DNA from: the human T2T-CHM13v2.0 reference genome, Homo sapiens
Assembly: GCF_009914755.1 (NCBI RefSeq)
Contig: NC_060936.1
Direction: 5' to 3' (one strand)
Length of the DNA stretch: 64,000 nucleotides
Shown here: positions 1 through 17,810 of the stretch, piece after piece
Layout: each line of letters opens with the position of its first letter
Numbering within the stretch: the first letter of the stretch is position 1
The notes under the pieces: generated by a model
The model's database searches: none
Seen by the model: the letters and a program-made list of their open reading frames with translations, nothing else
What the model was told of the DNA's origin: nothing
Program-made: the position numbers and the translations under genes

Positions 1-374
1 GAGCTAACCTTAACTGGATGGGTTCAATTCCTCAAGGCCCTGCTGGGTAATCTGAATATTTCACTCCAAAATGTTTATGACTGTAAGCAGTTAACCTTTT
101 TGCTAATACGTGGGGTCTAACTAGGGATTTTGCGGTGCATAAAGAATGGCTCCCTCCTAGAGGATTTTCTGTCACTGTAGCGGGGTGGTGAAGAATTGTT
201 TTGGGTGACGTACTCCTTCAGTGATGCCCTTCACAGAATAGCACTTGAGCAGCCATACCAGGATAAGATCAGCTTGCTACCACATGTGCAAGTGTCCACA
301 GGGTGATGGGTAGATGGATTTGGCAGAGTGGGAGTGGAAAGAATGAGCAGCACACCAAATTTTCTCCAGCCAAA

Positions 375-600
375 CTGGAGTGGTAGAGAGCATGGGTTTT
401 AGGGATCCGCTTCCTGGATTTGAGTTGTGCCTCTACACTGCTGTGAACCCTTGGGCAAGTAACGCAACCTCTCTGGGCCTCAGGATCTTATTATAAAATG
501 GGGATAATACTGATACATTAGCTAACAAGGTTATAATAAGGATTCAAGGAGATAAAATATATAAAGAACTTATCATAGAACAGTTATTGAGTGCTTATTA
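375..600 (+). mobile_element. MIR SINE
   Basis: MIR core ccttgggcaagtaacgcaacctctctgggcctcag...aaaatggggataata. Confidence 0.7.
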
Positions 601-1529
601 CTACCTCAATAATAAGCACTCAATTACTGTTAGCTGTAATTGTTGTTATTTGCTACACGTGAGTTTCTTTAACCTCCTGGAACTGTGGGTCTTTGCTAGT
701 TTGAATTTTTGGTGCCTTGCAAATGCACTGAAGTAGGCACTGGGAATTGGAGAGGAGAGTCATCGCTTCCACCAGCAGCTTAAAATCTAGTGGGAGACAG
801 ATATGCACACAAGTGTAGTACTGTAAGTGACTGCGTAATGGGAATATGAGTAATGTGAGTGAGGCAGAAAAGAAGGAAAACTCAAGGTGTCTTATGAATA
901 GGAGTGTGGCGTAATTAGTTCATGCAGCTGTACTCACTGAGCTCCTGCTCTAGCCCTAGCGGTGTTCTAAGCTCTAGCTGGCTCATTAGATGCAGTGAGT
1001 GTAGCAATCAGGGAAGGTTACCTCGTAGTTGGTGACATTAAATTTCAAATCTGAATGACAATAGGGAGCCAACCACAAGGAGATCAGGGAGAGGAACATT
1101 TCAGGGGCAGAGAACAGCAGGTATGAGTGCCCCGAAATAGGAAGTTTGGCATGTCTGAGGAACGCAAAGAAGATCATGAAGGGTTAGTGGGAGAACACTG
1201 CAGAATAAGGTGGGCAGAGTTAAGATCACAGAGGGTTGTAAACCATGGCCCAGTGACTTAGGAAAAGGGAACCCACCTAGGGATGAACTCTTAAAAAGGA
1301 TTATCTATTTTGCCTTTTCTGGAGGGCTCTGGCCTATTTCCTGTTTTATTCTTTAGGCACTGTTCAAGAAGGACATCAGGACAAGTTTGACTGTCTAGAA
1401 GAGTTCTTGTAATAGAGTGGTATTTAAGCTATCACAGCAGTGGGCACAATCAGAATTTCAAAACTGCAAGAGGTTGGACTGTTCTGAATTTGAATCTTGA
1501 AGTTTCAGTTCAGCCTGTCATCTTCTCTT

Positions 1530-1980
1530 TTAACCTTCTATTTGGAAATACTTTCAAACTTACAGATAAAGTCGTGAGAATAGTATAAGGAATACCATGT
1601 TGTCTACCTTTTTCTCAGATTCACCTATTAACATTTTGCTCTATGTGCTTTATTATTTTTTCTCTCTTGCATTTGAATCATTTGAGAAAAAGTTGTATAT
1701 GTCATGGCCCTTTATTCCTAAATACAAAACCACAGTACATTTCAACTTCAGTATATTTAACATTGGATAACAGACAGTAGATTCAAATATTGTTAACAGT
1801 GCTATTGATTGACTGATACTGTCCTTTACAGCATTTTTGCTTCAGTATAGGATCCACTCTAGGATCACCTATTGCACTCAGTTATCAAGTGTTTTTTTTT
1901 CATTTGGAACATATTCTCAACCTTTCTTTGTTTTTTATGACATTACATTTTCGGAACTTGTAACTTCTTTTAATAAGAAT
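1530..1980 (-). mobile_element. Old L1 (L1MC-like) 3' end fragment
   Basis: tttggaaatactttcaaacttacagataaagt...gaatagtataaggaatac resembles an L1MC4/5 3'UTR, antisense. Confidence 0.55.
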
Positions 1981-4900
1981 AAAATAATAGTTGACATCCG
2001 TCAGGCACTTACTAGGAGCTTAAGTACTTGACAGATACTATTTCAGTTAATCTTCACAACACTTCTACAAGGTGGATACTATTATTGTCCCATTTTACAA
2101 ATGGCGAGTTCTCTGTTTCTAGTCAGTAAATAATCAAGAGGAGCCGGGATCAAGAACCCAGTCCACCTAGCTCCAGAGGCAATGTTCTTATGGCTTCAGT
2201 GACATGTATTATCATCAGTGTATCTTTGCAATTCTGAACCAGTGCAGAACTATTTGCAGATAGAGTTGCTGCAGAAAGGAAATCAGGAAGTAAAGCTGCA
2301 CACGAGCTGAGGAATCACAAGCAAATTAAAAACCAATCTCCTCTCTATCTGTAGTGAAATACAGCACTAGCCCCTTCAAGTCCTTGTACCCATTCACACC
2401 TCTTAAATGTCAGTAGTCTTACTACCATTCATTTATTCAACAATAAATATTTGAATAAATATTTGAATGCTTGCTGCATTCCAGTGATGGTCTCAGAAGA
2501 AATGACATTATATTTATTATCACAAAGTGATGGAATAATACAATCAAAAATGTGAATATGACAGTACTTTTCTTTGAATAGTGACCTGCTATCGTGTTGG
2601 AGGCTTTGCTTGGAGTCATCTTCAGTCTTTTCTGTTGACTTTACCTTTGACCAGTGATTAAATCCTCCAGGTATGATGAGATGTGATGTTTCTGAAAAGT
2701 TGTTTGATTTACTTGTGAGTTGCAGTGGCAAAGGTTAGGTAGATCTAAGTTTGCATAAGGAGTATTACCTTTCTTAAAGATACAGCCTGGTTTCATTATC
2801 ATCAGTCTAAAGGATAATCCAAAATAGTTTTTAAAGCAATCTAAATATCCTCAGTGCCTTTTGAATCAAGTAGGTTTGTCCCCAGGTGACTTACTTGGAA
2901 ACTCAAGACCGAGAAAGGTAAGAGCAGGTATGAAGGAACTTGCGGAAGACCATTCACACAGTGATGGGCCATTCGCTTTTGGTTTTTGTCTGTCAAACAA
3001 GTGCCAAGAGTTCTGTTCTATGTTAACTACCAGCCTTGTTTGTCTGTTGAAGAATATGGTGTTATCCTGACATAAAACTGTTCTTCCCTCCAGAGTGTTT
3101 AATTCCTGAGGCAATGATATTAACAAAAAAAAGCAAATAATAGAAAACATTTGTATACTGTTTACTGTGTCAATGACTGTTCCAAACACGCTGCATGTAT
3201 TGGGTACCTGAAATCTCACACCAACCCTATGAATTAGGTATTCTTAGTAAGCCTATATGAGGAAACAGACAAATTTTTAATAGAGTAATAATGGGCATTT
3301 TGGCTTCAAATACAGGTTTCTGTTTGGATACACTAAGGCCCAGTTGTAATGTGGAGGCTTCTACCCACTAAACAAGAGTTTCTAAACATTTTGAAGCTTT
3401 TAAATTTTCCATTGCAGCCCCTGTGCCAGGAACTCTACCTCCAGTGAATTGCTGGAAGAAAGTGTAGTTTCACATTGTTAAGCATGACTGCCATAAGCAC
3501 ATTTAATTTCTCAGAACTTCTAGTGATGCCTCATGGAACTCTGGGTTTGGAGCATCATATATTCCTTGCTGAGAGAAACCTTATGACTGGCCCAACCTCT
3601 CAGAAAAATGTGCATAAAGTCACACGGCACATTAATGATGAACCCAGGCCACAAACCCTGGACTCCTGACTCCCAATTATTTTAATCTTTGCACTTTTCT
3701 GCCTTGTTAAACACAGTTAAGAAACCTACCAAGTGTGCTATCCAGCTAAAGTAGAAAAATGAAATGGACAGTTAAAACTATTAAGCTAGTTCATAAATTC
3801 TCATGGCTGGAAGCTCTTATTCAATTTCACTTGGAAAAACAGCCAGAGCTCATTTGAGGGCAACCGAAGTAGAGAAAAATTAAGAGCAGAGCATGCATAG
3901 CACAGCGGTTACATTACAGGGGAATAACTGGGGGAAAAATGACTTAAAGTGGAAACAAACTTTAAGATATTCAAATAAGAGCATGACAAGGACCTGAGAA
4001 TCTTGAGGTTTAAATCTAATAAGATAGGCTTAAGCAGTAGATTCTCTGCTCTAAGGCTTGGGCTTTGGCAGTACCAGCCTGGTTAACGTGTCATGATATC
4101 AGGTTGCAAATGTTCTGGTTGAAGCTGTACCAAATGAGATTCAGGGATTCTGATTTAGCTGACACTGAATGAATACTTGTCATATACTTGGCGCTGGTCA
4201 TGGACAAGACACAAACTCTGCTTTATTAAGGAGATTCAGAAGTAGCCATGGGAAGAAAGGAACAAGGAACTAATGTACAAGGAACTAAGCGCTGTCATGG
4301 AGATACAGGAGACGCGCTGCAGACATACCAAGAGGAGTGCTATTCACTTTGGCTAGAAGCAAGGCTTCCTGGAGAAGGTAGCATTTGCAAGAAATGCCAT
4401 CAGTGGGACATCAAATGTTGGCAAAGAGAGGAAGCAAACTAGAGGGGAGGGTGAACATTCCATTTAGGATTTGGGGTTTGGTGGCAGTGAAAGGTTTGAA
4501 GTAGCCCCTTTTCTTCTGTCTTCTCTCGCCTTCCCCTGAGCAGATTGGAGTTTAAGCTCAGGTAGAATTTAGTCTTCATGAGTTAGAGGAGGCTGTTTCA
4601 CCACTGAGGATGCAAGGGCTCAAGAATCTTATAGCCAGTGTTCATGGCTTTGGGATTCTGGGATAAGGTGAGTGTCTCCACTCCACTCCTTGCCCTTCAG
4701 CCTGCACAAGTGGACTCTAGTGGTTTTCTGCTTGCAAAAGTGGTGGGCTCAGCAAGGATACATTTCTGTGGCAGGATTGAAGACGGTTGTTTAGGTGAGG
4801 CAAGGCGCAAATGACCTTAGACCTTTCACCCTTATTAGATCCCTCTCAGACTCATCCTTGTCCCCATCACCATCCAAGGAATTAAAAAAATTACTCTTTT

Positions 4901-6375
4901 TCTCTCAACAAAGGCTAGTGCCCCTTCTCCCGCTCTGCTAATCCTGAGCCTGCCTCTCCTTTCTTGTGTTTTCTCAACAATGCCTTATTCCCCCTTTTCC
5001 CATCTAGTAGCATTCAGTACACAGTTTTAGGTAGCTGGACTTGAGAACCACAAGAATAGGGCATTGTCTTTGTTTGGTTACTTTCCCCGGTGCTCAGTGC
5101 TCAAGTAGGCACTTGTTGAATATTAATGGAATCATTGAAGAAACTGCAGGCATTTTCAGACATACTATACATAGTTGTGGTTTCCCATTCTGGCCGCTTT
5201 AAAAGCACTGCATCCCTCATTGCATGGGCTGGTTTAGGTTTAAAAGGATTCAGTGAACTCTTCCTCTCATTATTGTCCATCCAGGATTTGAGGTGCCTTT
5301 CTCCTTGAGCCCGGGTTTCCCCTTCAGTGTCAGGTGATACCATATTCACATCAAGGTCAGCTCCCTCACGGGCCTGGCTGGTGCTCCTGGGACCAAGGCC
5401 TGGTCATCCTGTGTGCCTGTGATCTGCTTTCTGGGTAGTGTCCAAACCTGACGGCCCTTCCCTGGAAGGATTCTCATGTCCCAGAAACACTGGACATAGA
5501 CACCAAGGGACTGGTTTTATCATGTAGTAAATCCCCTTATCCCTCTGAGTCTGTTCCCCCACTTGTGAGTCAGGATCCTACATGCTTGTGCACTCATAGG
5601 GTTGTGATGGGTACTTTGTAAATTGTCAAATCCTAACCATATATCAGGTCTTAATCTTCATATCACAGCAGTTCATGTGGAAATGGAGGGGGAAGAAGCT
5701 AAAGACTTGCCAGCCAGAGGTTTCATGCGGTCTTCCCCTTTCCCCAGGAGGTTCACAGAAAGCGTAAAGAGGCTGATTTCACAGCTATTTTATCTGAAAC
5801 AAAGCAATAGGAGCAATAATAGCAGCTAACATTTGAGTACTGTGCCAAGCTCTTTAAGATGAATTCTATTCAATCTTCTGGCAACCCAATGAGAGGTTAG
5901 TCTTTCAGTCCAGTTTCACTATGAGGTAGGTAGTTAAGTGACCTTCCCAAGGTCTCATGGCAAAAGGCAGAACAGAACGAGAGATCTGACCCAAGTCCCA
6001 CACTCCCGCCTTCTCATGTTTCAGCAACCCAGGAGGAGAGAGCATGTGTCCTGCATCTTTTTAAAAAGGACCTGCCATTACTTAGAGCTTCACATTTATA
6101 GTGGGTGTGTCCTGAGTAAGCTCACACCTATGGCTGTGGAATCCCTTTTCAGAAAGGCAATCTCGATGACCTAGTGATCTGGCCTAGTCCGGCCAAGGTG
6201 CTGGGGGAAGGATGAGGTCATCTGGGGGCCTTTCCAACACAGTGACACTTGTGGGGACAGTTGTCTACACTGGAAGAAGCATTGGTGGTGCCTGTGGAAG
6301 TACCACAGAACATTGACGCAGGGTCTGTTTGTCTGTGCAGGTGCTACCTTTTTACCCACACTTAAGTGACGCAAA

Positions 6376-6532
6376 ATGCCCTTCAATGGCGAGAAGCAGT
6401 GTGTGGGAGAGGACCAGCCAAGCGATTCTGATTCTTCCCGGTTTTCCGAAAGCATGGCTTCGCTCAGTGACTATGAATGCTCCAGGCAGAGCTTTGCAAG
6501 TGACTCCTCCAGCAAATCCAGCTCTCCTGCTT
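6376..6532 (+). CDS. TCP11L2: TCP11L2 coding exon 1 (exon starts 6341 with 35 nt of 5'UTR); MPFNGEKQCVGEDQPSDSDSS...SSPA, Ser-rich N-terminus
   Basis: Acceptor gtctgtgcag|6341; ATG at 6376 with A at -3; donor T|gtgagc after 6532; 157 nt, phase 1; N-terminus recognised as TCP11L2. Confidence 0.95.
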
Positions 6533-7889
6533 GTGAGCCGATGGGGGAGCAGGGGTTGTGGGTGGCAGGGGTACTTCTAGATATGTGTTGGATTTGAAAA
6601 CTCAGAAACGCCTGAGAGCAACAGACTTCCCCTCCTTTCTAGATGCACCAGAATAGCACTGCAGAGGCACTGCAGCTTTCCGGGACACATTCTCAGAAAT
6701 AGCCACTAAAGTTTACAACCTGCTGATTTTTATTTTGATCACTGCTTCCGATCTGTTTCGGTCTGATGATAAGTCAGGACTTCAACCCCATCTGTCTTTT
6801 CTCCCAAACAGCAGAAAGCCATTCCTTGAGATTACTTCTTAGATCTCCACTGAAGGATAAATTCAAATTGGTCTTTTCTGATTATTCCTGATTTACATTG
6901 AAGGAAACTGGCCTTCATTGAAAGGTCAGGAAGGAAGTGAAATAATCTAAAGGGTTTCATGTTGATTTCAAAAAAATATTGTGCAAATCACCCCAGGAAG
7001 GTACCCACAAGGAGAATTACTACATTAGGGGTGTGAGAAAGAGTTAAAAGAGAGGCCACAGCAAAAGGAGATATCTTTTTCCCGTTTTTGCATGTAGAAA
7101 CTAGAGATGGGTAAAGCAGATGTGTTTGCCTTTTTTTTTTTAATTGGCACTTTATTTAGTAAATATAACAGCTTTAACTGGCAAAGCAAATGCAGGAAAA
7201 AGCAACTAATGTTTAATATGCTGAACTGTCCACTTCTTACAAATTGCTTCATTTGTATTTTAAATTTTTACATTCTCATTTTTTAAAACTTAGAAGATAC
7301 ATAAGAATAGAGAAAAGAAAACATTGCCTATGATATCACTCAAAGACGACAGCTGGCAGTGCTTTGCCGTATCTTTATCCTTCACATAGACATATGTGTG
7401 TATATGTGTGTGGACTCTTCTTGCTTAGTATTATAACTAAAACATTTACTCATGATTACATGTTTTTGAAACATTGGTTTTATGAATACTTATTACTTTA
7501 CCAAGTGAATGTACGGTAAAATTAACCATTGATTAATCACTGGACATTTAGTTTCCATTTTTTTTTTTTTTTTTTTTGCTGTTATAAATAGTGCTTTATG
7601 AACATCTTACTGCATGAAGCCTTTCTGGAAAGACTTTTGGATATCACTGGATTATTGGACCAAAGTATATAGACATTTTTAAGGAGAATCTTGAGTCAGA
7701 CCTGGCAAAAGAAATTAACAGCAGCCACCCCAGGTTTCTGTGCCTTTTCTCACTCTTTATACTGTATGTGGTGTTGTTGCATCTGACACCAGGGTACCTA
7801 GGCATCCTGAAGAAGGGTTTTACCAATTCTGTGTATCACCTTTCTCTTCTTCCTCCTCTTTCCCTGATCCTCCTCCTCATCTTCTCCTA

Positions 7890-8258
<369 letters not shown>

Positions 8259-8601
8259 CTAAGATTTCCAACAGTGATTTTTAAAAGACATGATTTATTA
8301 GAATAGTTTCTTAGTATAATCTTTAGAAATAACTCAGATTCTTCATTTACTATTTCCTACTGAGAAGTAAAATATCTGGCTTCTCAGATTTATTCTATTT
8401 TACTTTTAATTATGTAAATTTATTGAGTTCTTACTATCTTCTTCTTTACTTAAATTATCTCATTCGGTCACCTCAGGCCAACCCTGTGAGGAGGAAGGCT
8501 ATGCCTCAGTGAAATCCAATGATAAATACCAATTGGCAAAACTCAGAGTGAACCTAAGTGTTTATACTATACTGCCTATACATTTAAAAATTACAGTTTT
8601 T

Positions 8602-8937
<336 letters not shown>

Positions 8938-9053
8938 TTATTTCATATTGAGTTTACTTAATGAGACTTCTGAATTACAGAATAAAAATAATTTTATCAA
9001 TTTCCTATATAATACATATAATAAGTGCAGATTTCAATGGGCACTAAAAATGA

Positions 9054-9364
<311 letters not shown>

Positions 9365-9656
9365 TGGTAATTTAATTTTTAAAAGTAACTTATAATGGGC
9401 CTATATTAATAAGTTGGTCTCATAAATATTTGAGACAATGTTATCAAATATGGTAACTGAAGCTATTGAAGGAGTTCTTAAATTTTTGAAGCCTTTATTA
9501 ACTGAGGGAATTCACCTATTTTAATATATAGTCTCCTGACCTATAAAACTCTGAAGTATATACATTCTGATAAATTAAACCTTATCTGCATCAGGAGGCT
9601 TCGTTGGATGACAACTTTTCTTCTGCAACATTAACTGGCTTTTGTTTTTCTTTCAG

Positions 9657-9792
9657 CAACAAGCCCTCCAAGGGTTGTAACATTTGATGAAGTGATGGCT
9701 ACAGCAAGGAACTTATCAAACTTGACTCTTGCTCATGAGATTGCTGTAAATGAGAACTTTCAATTGAAACAAGAGGCTCTCCCAGAAAAGAG
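9657..9792 (+). CDS. TCP11L2: TCP11L2 coding exon 2 (STSPPRVVTFDEVMATARNLSNLTLAHEIAVNENFQLKQEALPEK)
   Basis: Acceptor ttttctttcag|, donor AG|gtaacc; 136 nt continues the frame; LAHEI motif of the TCP11 family. Confidence 0.95.
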
Positions 9793-9831
9793 GTAACCTG
9801 GGGGCATTTGTTGTATATAAACTGCTGAAGA

Positions 9832-9834
<3 letters not shown>

Positions 9835-9909
<75 letters not shown>

Positions 9910-9912
9910 GAG
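9835..9912 (+). repeat. Compound microsatellite (TG)21(AG)12 with degenerate AG continuation
   Basis: TG 9835-9876, AG 9877-9900, read directly. Confidence 0.95.
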
Positions 9913-10016
9913 ATAGACACATATTTACACTGATTCCTGGAAGTTCTTGTATAATATCCTCAGGGGTAAACATTTAGTTCTCTAACAAGGTCTTATACTT
10001 GTTTTAAAAAAATTCT

Positions 10017-10570
<554 letters not shown>

Positions 10571-12523
10571 CTAGGATACATATTACCCATAATCTTTAGA
10601 ACTCAGTTTATATGTCACTTCCTGAGGGAAGCTTTTTCTGACATTGGTGAACCCCCTAGACTACAATTAATCCCTTTGCTACAGACACCTGTAGCCCTTG
10701 CTGCCTCCTTTTTGTTAAGAGGTCTTATAATTTTATGTTTGATGTCCATCTTCCCCACTTGATTGAAATGCACTATTTATGGAGGAGCTATGTCTGTATT
10801 GTTTGTTGCTGTATCCCTATTGTCTAGCATAGTGCCTGACATACAGTACAGGCTCAAGACATATTTGCACATTGATTTATGGAAAACTGATACTCAGGTT
10901 CTGAAGAATAAATAAATGCACCTGAACTGTCAAAGTGCTAAAAGCAGGCAATCCAGAAATGTCTGGAGGTAGGAATCACAGCTGCAAGAGGCACTTCCTG
11001 GTTAACCTCGCCCTCCGACCTCTAGTTGGAGCCACCCCTTTGGATCCTACTTCAGCCTTTCTGGAGTCAGTGGCTCACAGGTTTCCTGAGACAAAGAGAA
11101 GAGGCTTGAGACTATTATTACAGATCAGTCGTCTTTAGAAGCAAAGTTGGTTCGTGGATTGAATTTTCAACCTTACAGTACCAATTATAAATCCTGAGGC
11201 ATTCTATCAGTTAAGACAACTTAGAATATTTGATCCCATTCAGAACTTTTTCATTTGTTTTAAAGCAGGAAAAGTAAAGGAAGTCAATGTAATAACTCTT
11301 CTTCTTTAAAATGTGGATCATAGTCCTCTTGGGGATGTTGTTCATTTAATATTAACATTTTTTAAGCTTGCCATGTATCGTGGGTGTATCTGTTTGGTTT
11401 CCTTTGGTAACTTGCATTTTGCCATGACCCTTGATACCAGCTCTACTGCTACAGCCCTAGGCTAGGCCACCGTCATCTGTGGCCTGGACCCTTTCAGTCC
11501 TAACTGGTTGCCGTGTCTCCTTTCTTAGCCCCCAACAGTTCATCTTCCATATCCACACAGTAGCCTTAATGATGTTTTTAAAGAATGAGCTATATTAGAT
11601 GATTTCTTTGCCAAAAACTCTTCAATGGTTTTCACTTACTCAGAGACCAAAAATCTAAGCATTTTCCTATGGCCTGGATGGCCCCACTCCCCTGACCCCG
11701 TCTCAGTGCTGTCCCTCCTGCTTGCTGTGCTTCAGCCACACTGGCTTCCTTCCTTACCTCAGGGTTCACCAATCTGGATCTTGTCTCATAAACTTTGTTC
11801 CTCTGACTTCTTCTTTTTGAATGTTCTTTTCCCAGACCTTCACATGGCTCTTTGCTCTCCCCTTCTGAGTCTGAACACAAAGGTCACTGACTTAAAGAGG
11901 CTTTTTCCCACCATCCAGTGAAATCAGCACCCTCTCTGTAACTGTGTACCACATTGTCTTATTCTTTCTCATAGGTCTGAAATTGTCGTATTCATTTTTA
12001 ATGTATTTTTTGCCTTTTTGTCCCTGCTAACATATAAGCTTTTTGAGGTCAGAGACTTTCTTTTCACTGTAGTATTCCCAGTTCCTAAAACAGGGCCCTA
12101 CACATATTGGATGTTTAATAAACATTTATTGACTAATACAAATGAATTTTTTGAGATGGAGTCTTGTTTTAAAGTTAAAATTTGTATTTTTTATGAGGTA
12201 AAGCAAAAGACAGGGCATATCTGTACTTTAAATTCAAAAGTGGCGAGTACAGGCCATAGTGAAGGCATTTTAGGCTCAGACAGACTGTGGGGTTTGAATC
12301 CTGGCTTTGCTGAGACCATACCTGAACCTCACACTTCCCAAGAATAAGAAGGGGGCTACACTACTCACTTCAAATGCATACTCACTAGCATAAAAGTGCC
12401 TTGCACATAAATACTTTGATACTATGGAAAATATTAATCTCTCTTCCCTTCAGTTTCTGCCATGGCTAGAAAATGTGAGCAAGGGAAACAAAGTACAGAG
12501 TTAGGACACATTGCCTTTGTTTA

Positions 12524-12844
<321 letters not shown>

Positions 12845-13646
12845 TTATGAATTCATTCACCATGCATGCATTTGTTAAGCAGTCACTATATATCAGGCAC
12901 TGTACTAGGCACAATGGTAAGTACCTACCTGGAGGACTTATGGCCTCTGCTTAGGAAAGGTATATAGCTCTGTGGGGAAAGAGCCTCGTCAGTAATTACA
13001 GTGGAGGGACATGTGGTTTTCTAAAAACTATTGCTAAATGGTAGAGAAGTTAGGTAGGAATGTGTATTTTAACGTGCACCTATTTTAAGGGATTGACATA
13101 AGGGGTGAAGCAAGGTGGCCAATTATTCTATTGTGAGCTCTTCCTAGGAAGGCTTCTATTTCACCAGTTTGGTCTGGCTAACTTTAAATGGGACACCTAA
13201 GTCTGAAGTTGGCAGGCATTCAAATGCATGTGCCCTTGGGGCCAATCTGTTCTATTCCATGCCATGAAATTTCAGCTGGTGAGGAAGAGCAACTTTGCCA
13301 TCTCATCCCAAAAATGTAGAACAAGTCTAAAGATCTATATAGAAGGGTAGCTACATAAATTATGAAATCTCTTTAGGACAGAATTTCATGAAGTTATTGA
13401 AAGCATTTTCAAGGTCTAGGGGAAACAAGACAGAATGTTAAATGAAAAGTATATATTTTGTATATATGCTCTTAGCTATGTTAAAATAATGCATTCAACA
13501 AGAAAAATATTAAAAGATTAATGGATTAAGGACAATTATTCTGTGTTTTTTTTACATTTTATAAGATTTCTACAATGAGGATGTTTCTTTTATAATCAGG
13601 AAAAAGTTATGCTTATTTTAAAAAACAATTCATTTTATTGCCATAG

Positions 13647-13767
13647 TTTGGCTGGTCGAGTGAAGCACATTGTTCACCAGGCCTTCTGGGACGTCTTGGA
13701 TTCAGAACTAAATGCTGACCCTCCTGAGTTTGAACATGCCATCAAACTGTTTGAAGAAATCAGAGAG
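13647..13767 (+). CDS. TCP11L2: TCP11L2 coding exon 3 (SLAGRVKHIVHQAFWDVLDSELNADPPEFEHAIKLFEEIRE)
   Basis: Acceptor ttgccatag|; 121 nt; AFWD motif of the TCP11 domain; ends at a non-canonical GAG|gcaagt donor. Confidence 0.93.
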
Positions 13768-13799
13768 GCAAGTTGCTTTGTTGTCTGTGTCAGTTAGCG

Positions 13800-14677
<878 letters not shown>

Positions 14678-15347
14678 TTTTTTCCCCCCAAAGATTGTTT
14701 TATGTTCTTTAGTATTGGCCACTCTTTTTCAAAAAAGGATCAAGTTCACTGGCAGAGTTTCCCCCTGCACCTCCTGGAGTAGCGTGAAGGCTGGAAAAAT
14801 AGTGCCATGGACACAGCTTAGGGTGATGCTAAAGCGCAGAGACTCTGGTTTAGTGACGGGTTCTCTCTTTAAGTCTCTCTTTCCTGAGTACTTACAGGGT
14901 AGTCATAAGAACTAAATGAGGTGACAGTTGTAATGTTAGCTAACATTTACAAGGGCTTGCTCTATTCCAAGCACTAGATTGTTCATTTCTTCTTATCAGA
15001 ACACTGTACAGTAGTTGCTCCTGTTATTCTTATTTATTAAAAATCCAAGTTTTCTGACTCATCCAGGGTCACACAACTTTGTGGGGTAGAGAGGGACTTG
15101 AACTGAGCCATACTGGCTCAGAGCGCAAGCTCTTAAGCATGTACTGTATGGATAAGCACAGTGTCCTCTGTAACTGAATAATCAATAAATAGGCTGCTTG
15201 TATATAATAAATATTCTATATGTAAAATATACTTAATCGACCCCATGGGATATTTTCATCTATCCTTTTTTAAAGAGTTCTTTTGGAGCCATGATCTGCA
15301 CCTTGTTCTTTCTTCCCTGAACTTTTACCTGTAGACGTTTTGAAATG

Positions 15348-16511
<1,164 letters not shown>

Positions 16512-16789
16512 TGCTTTCAGTAATCTTGCTTCCTTGCTAGCTGTTTTTATTCTGACAGGAGCAGGAGTTTCCCATGGTGGGGGCCCTTTAATTCAGAAGA
16601 TAGACCTTGCTATTTAGGGTTGAGACACTGGAATGCTCCTCTGATCCACCCATGCAGTCAGTGCCAACTTCTGTGGCATCTGAGGCACTAAAATGTGGGC
16701 AAAGAGCTTGGTCATCTAGACACTGAGGTGAAAAGTGACAGCTTTTATTCACATCATGATGCTGTTAATTTTTATTTCTTTCCCTGTAG

Positions 16790-17010
16790 ATTCTTCTCTC
16801 TTTTCTCACTCCCGGTGGCAACCGGCTTCGCAACCAAATCTGTGAAGTTTTGGACACAGACCTCATTAGGCAGCAGGCTGAGCACAGTGCTGTTGACATC
16901 CAAGGCCTGGCCAACTATGTCATCAGTACGATGGGAAAGCTGTGTGCTCCCGTGCGAGATAATGATATCAGAGAGTTAAAGGCTACTGGCAACATCGTGG
17001 AGGTGCTGAG
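16790..17010 (+). CDS. TCP11L2: TCP11L2 coding exon 4 (ILLSFLTPGGNRLRNQICEVLDTDLIRQQAEH...KLCAPVRD...VEVL)
   Basis: Acceptor tccctgtag|, donor AG|gttagc; 221 nt; CAPVRD motif of the TCP11 family. Confidence 0.95.
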
Positions 17011-17391
17011 GTTAGCACTTTTGCTGTTTGCATTTCCTAGAGTATCTTTGAGTTCATTCAGAAGGGAAGTTGGGCATCAGGGAACACAGAATAACAACTA
17101 GTACCCCAAATAAATTACTGACCCTAGAAGAAAACCATATAAGCAGAGACCATGTCAATTATTTACTGTATGCAGAGAGTTTTCACATAGAATGATCTGA
17201 CAAGGTTGTTAGTTGGCACATAGTGGGCCCTGAAGATGCAATGATGAAAAAGACAGATATAATCCCTGACTCCAGGGAGTCTAATGGGCAGAGAGATCTT
17301 GAACAATTAATTACAATTGTGATAAGTGGAAGGGGAAGTAGAGGGTCTTAATAGAGCCTCCGACAAGGGACCTAATTTAGTCAAGGCTTCT

Positions 17392-17810
17392 TTATTAGTT
17401 AGGGTCACTAGCTGCTATAACACATAAACCCTAAATTCTCAGTGGTTTATCCAGTAAAAGTTTGTTTCTCATGTCACAGTCCAATTCAGGGGTCCTTGAT
17501 CAGACAACCCTCCACGTGTCATCCAGGGACCCAGCCTCCTCCTGTGCTTGGCTCTACCCTTGCTCAGGTCCTTAGAGTCCTCTCCATTCAGCTGGCAAAT
17601 GGGAAAGAGACCATGGGGAAGACATATGCAATATATAGCCACCTCAGCCCAGAAGTGACACATTCTCTTTGACCATGACTAGTCACATGATCCCACCTAG
17701 ATTGAAAGGGGAGTTGAGAAAGGTAGTTACAGCCTGGAAATACTTTTCACAGCCACAAATTTGCACTGCAGGGAGGGAGATTGGGCCTTTAGTGGTCAGC
17801 CAGCCACATC
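17392..17810. mobile_element. Old MaLR LTR (MLT1I/J-like)
   Basis: ttagttagggtcactagctgctataaca...ctcagtggttt...catccagggacccag...cccagaagtgacac...agtcacatg. Confidence 0.6.

Noticed and set aside
2426-2470. Short inverted repeat plus 12-bp tandem duplication (aataaatatttg x2)
   Set aside because: Resembles a degenerate L2 tail in AT-rich DNA; a 10-bp stem is not significant
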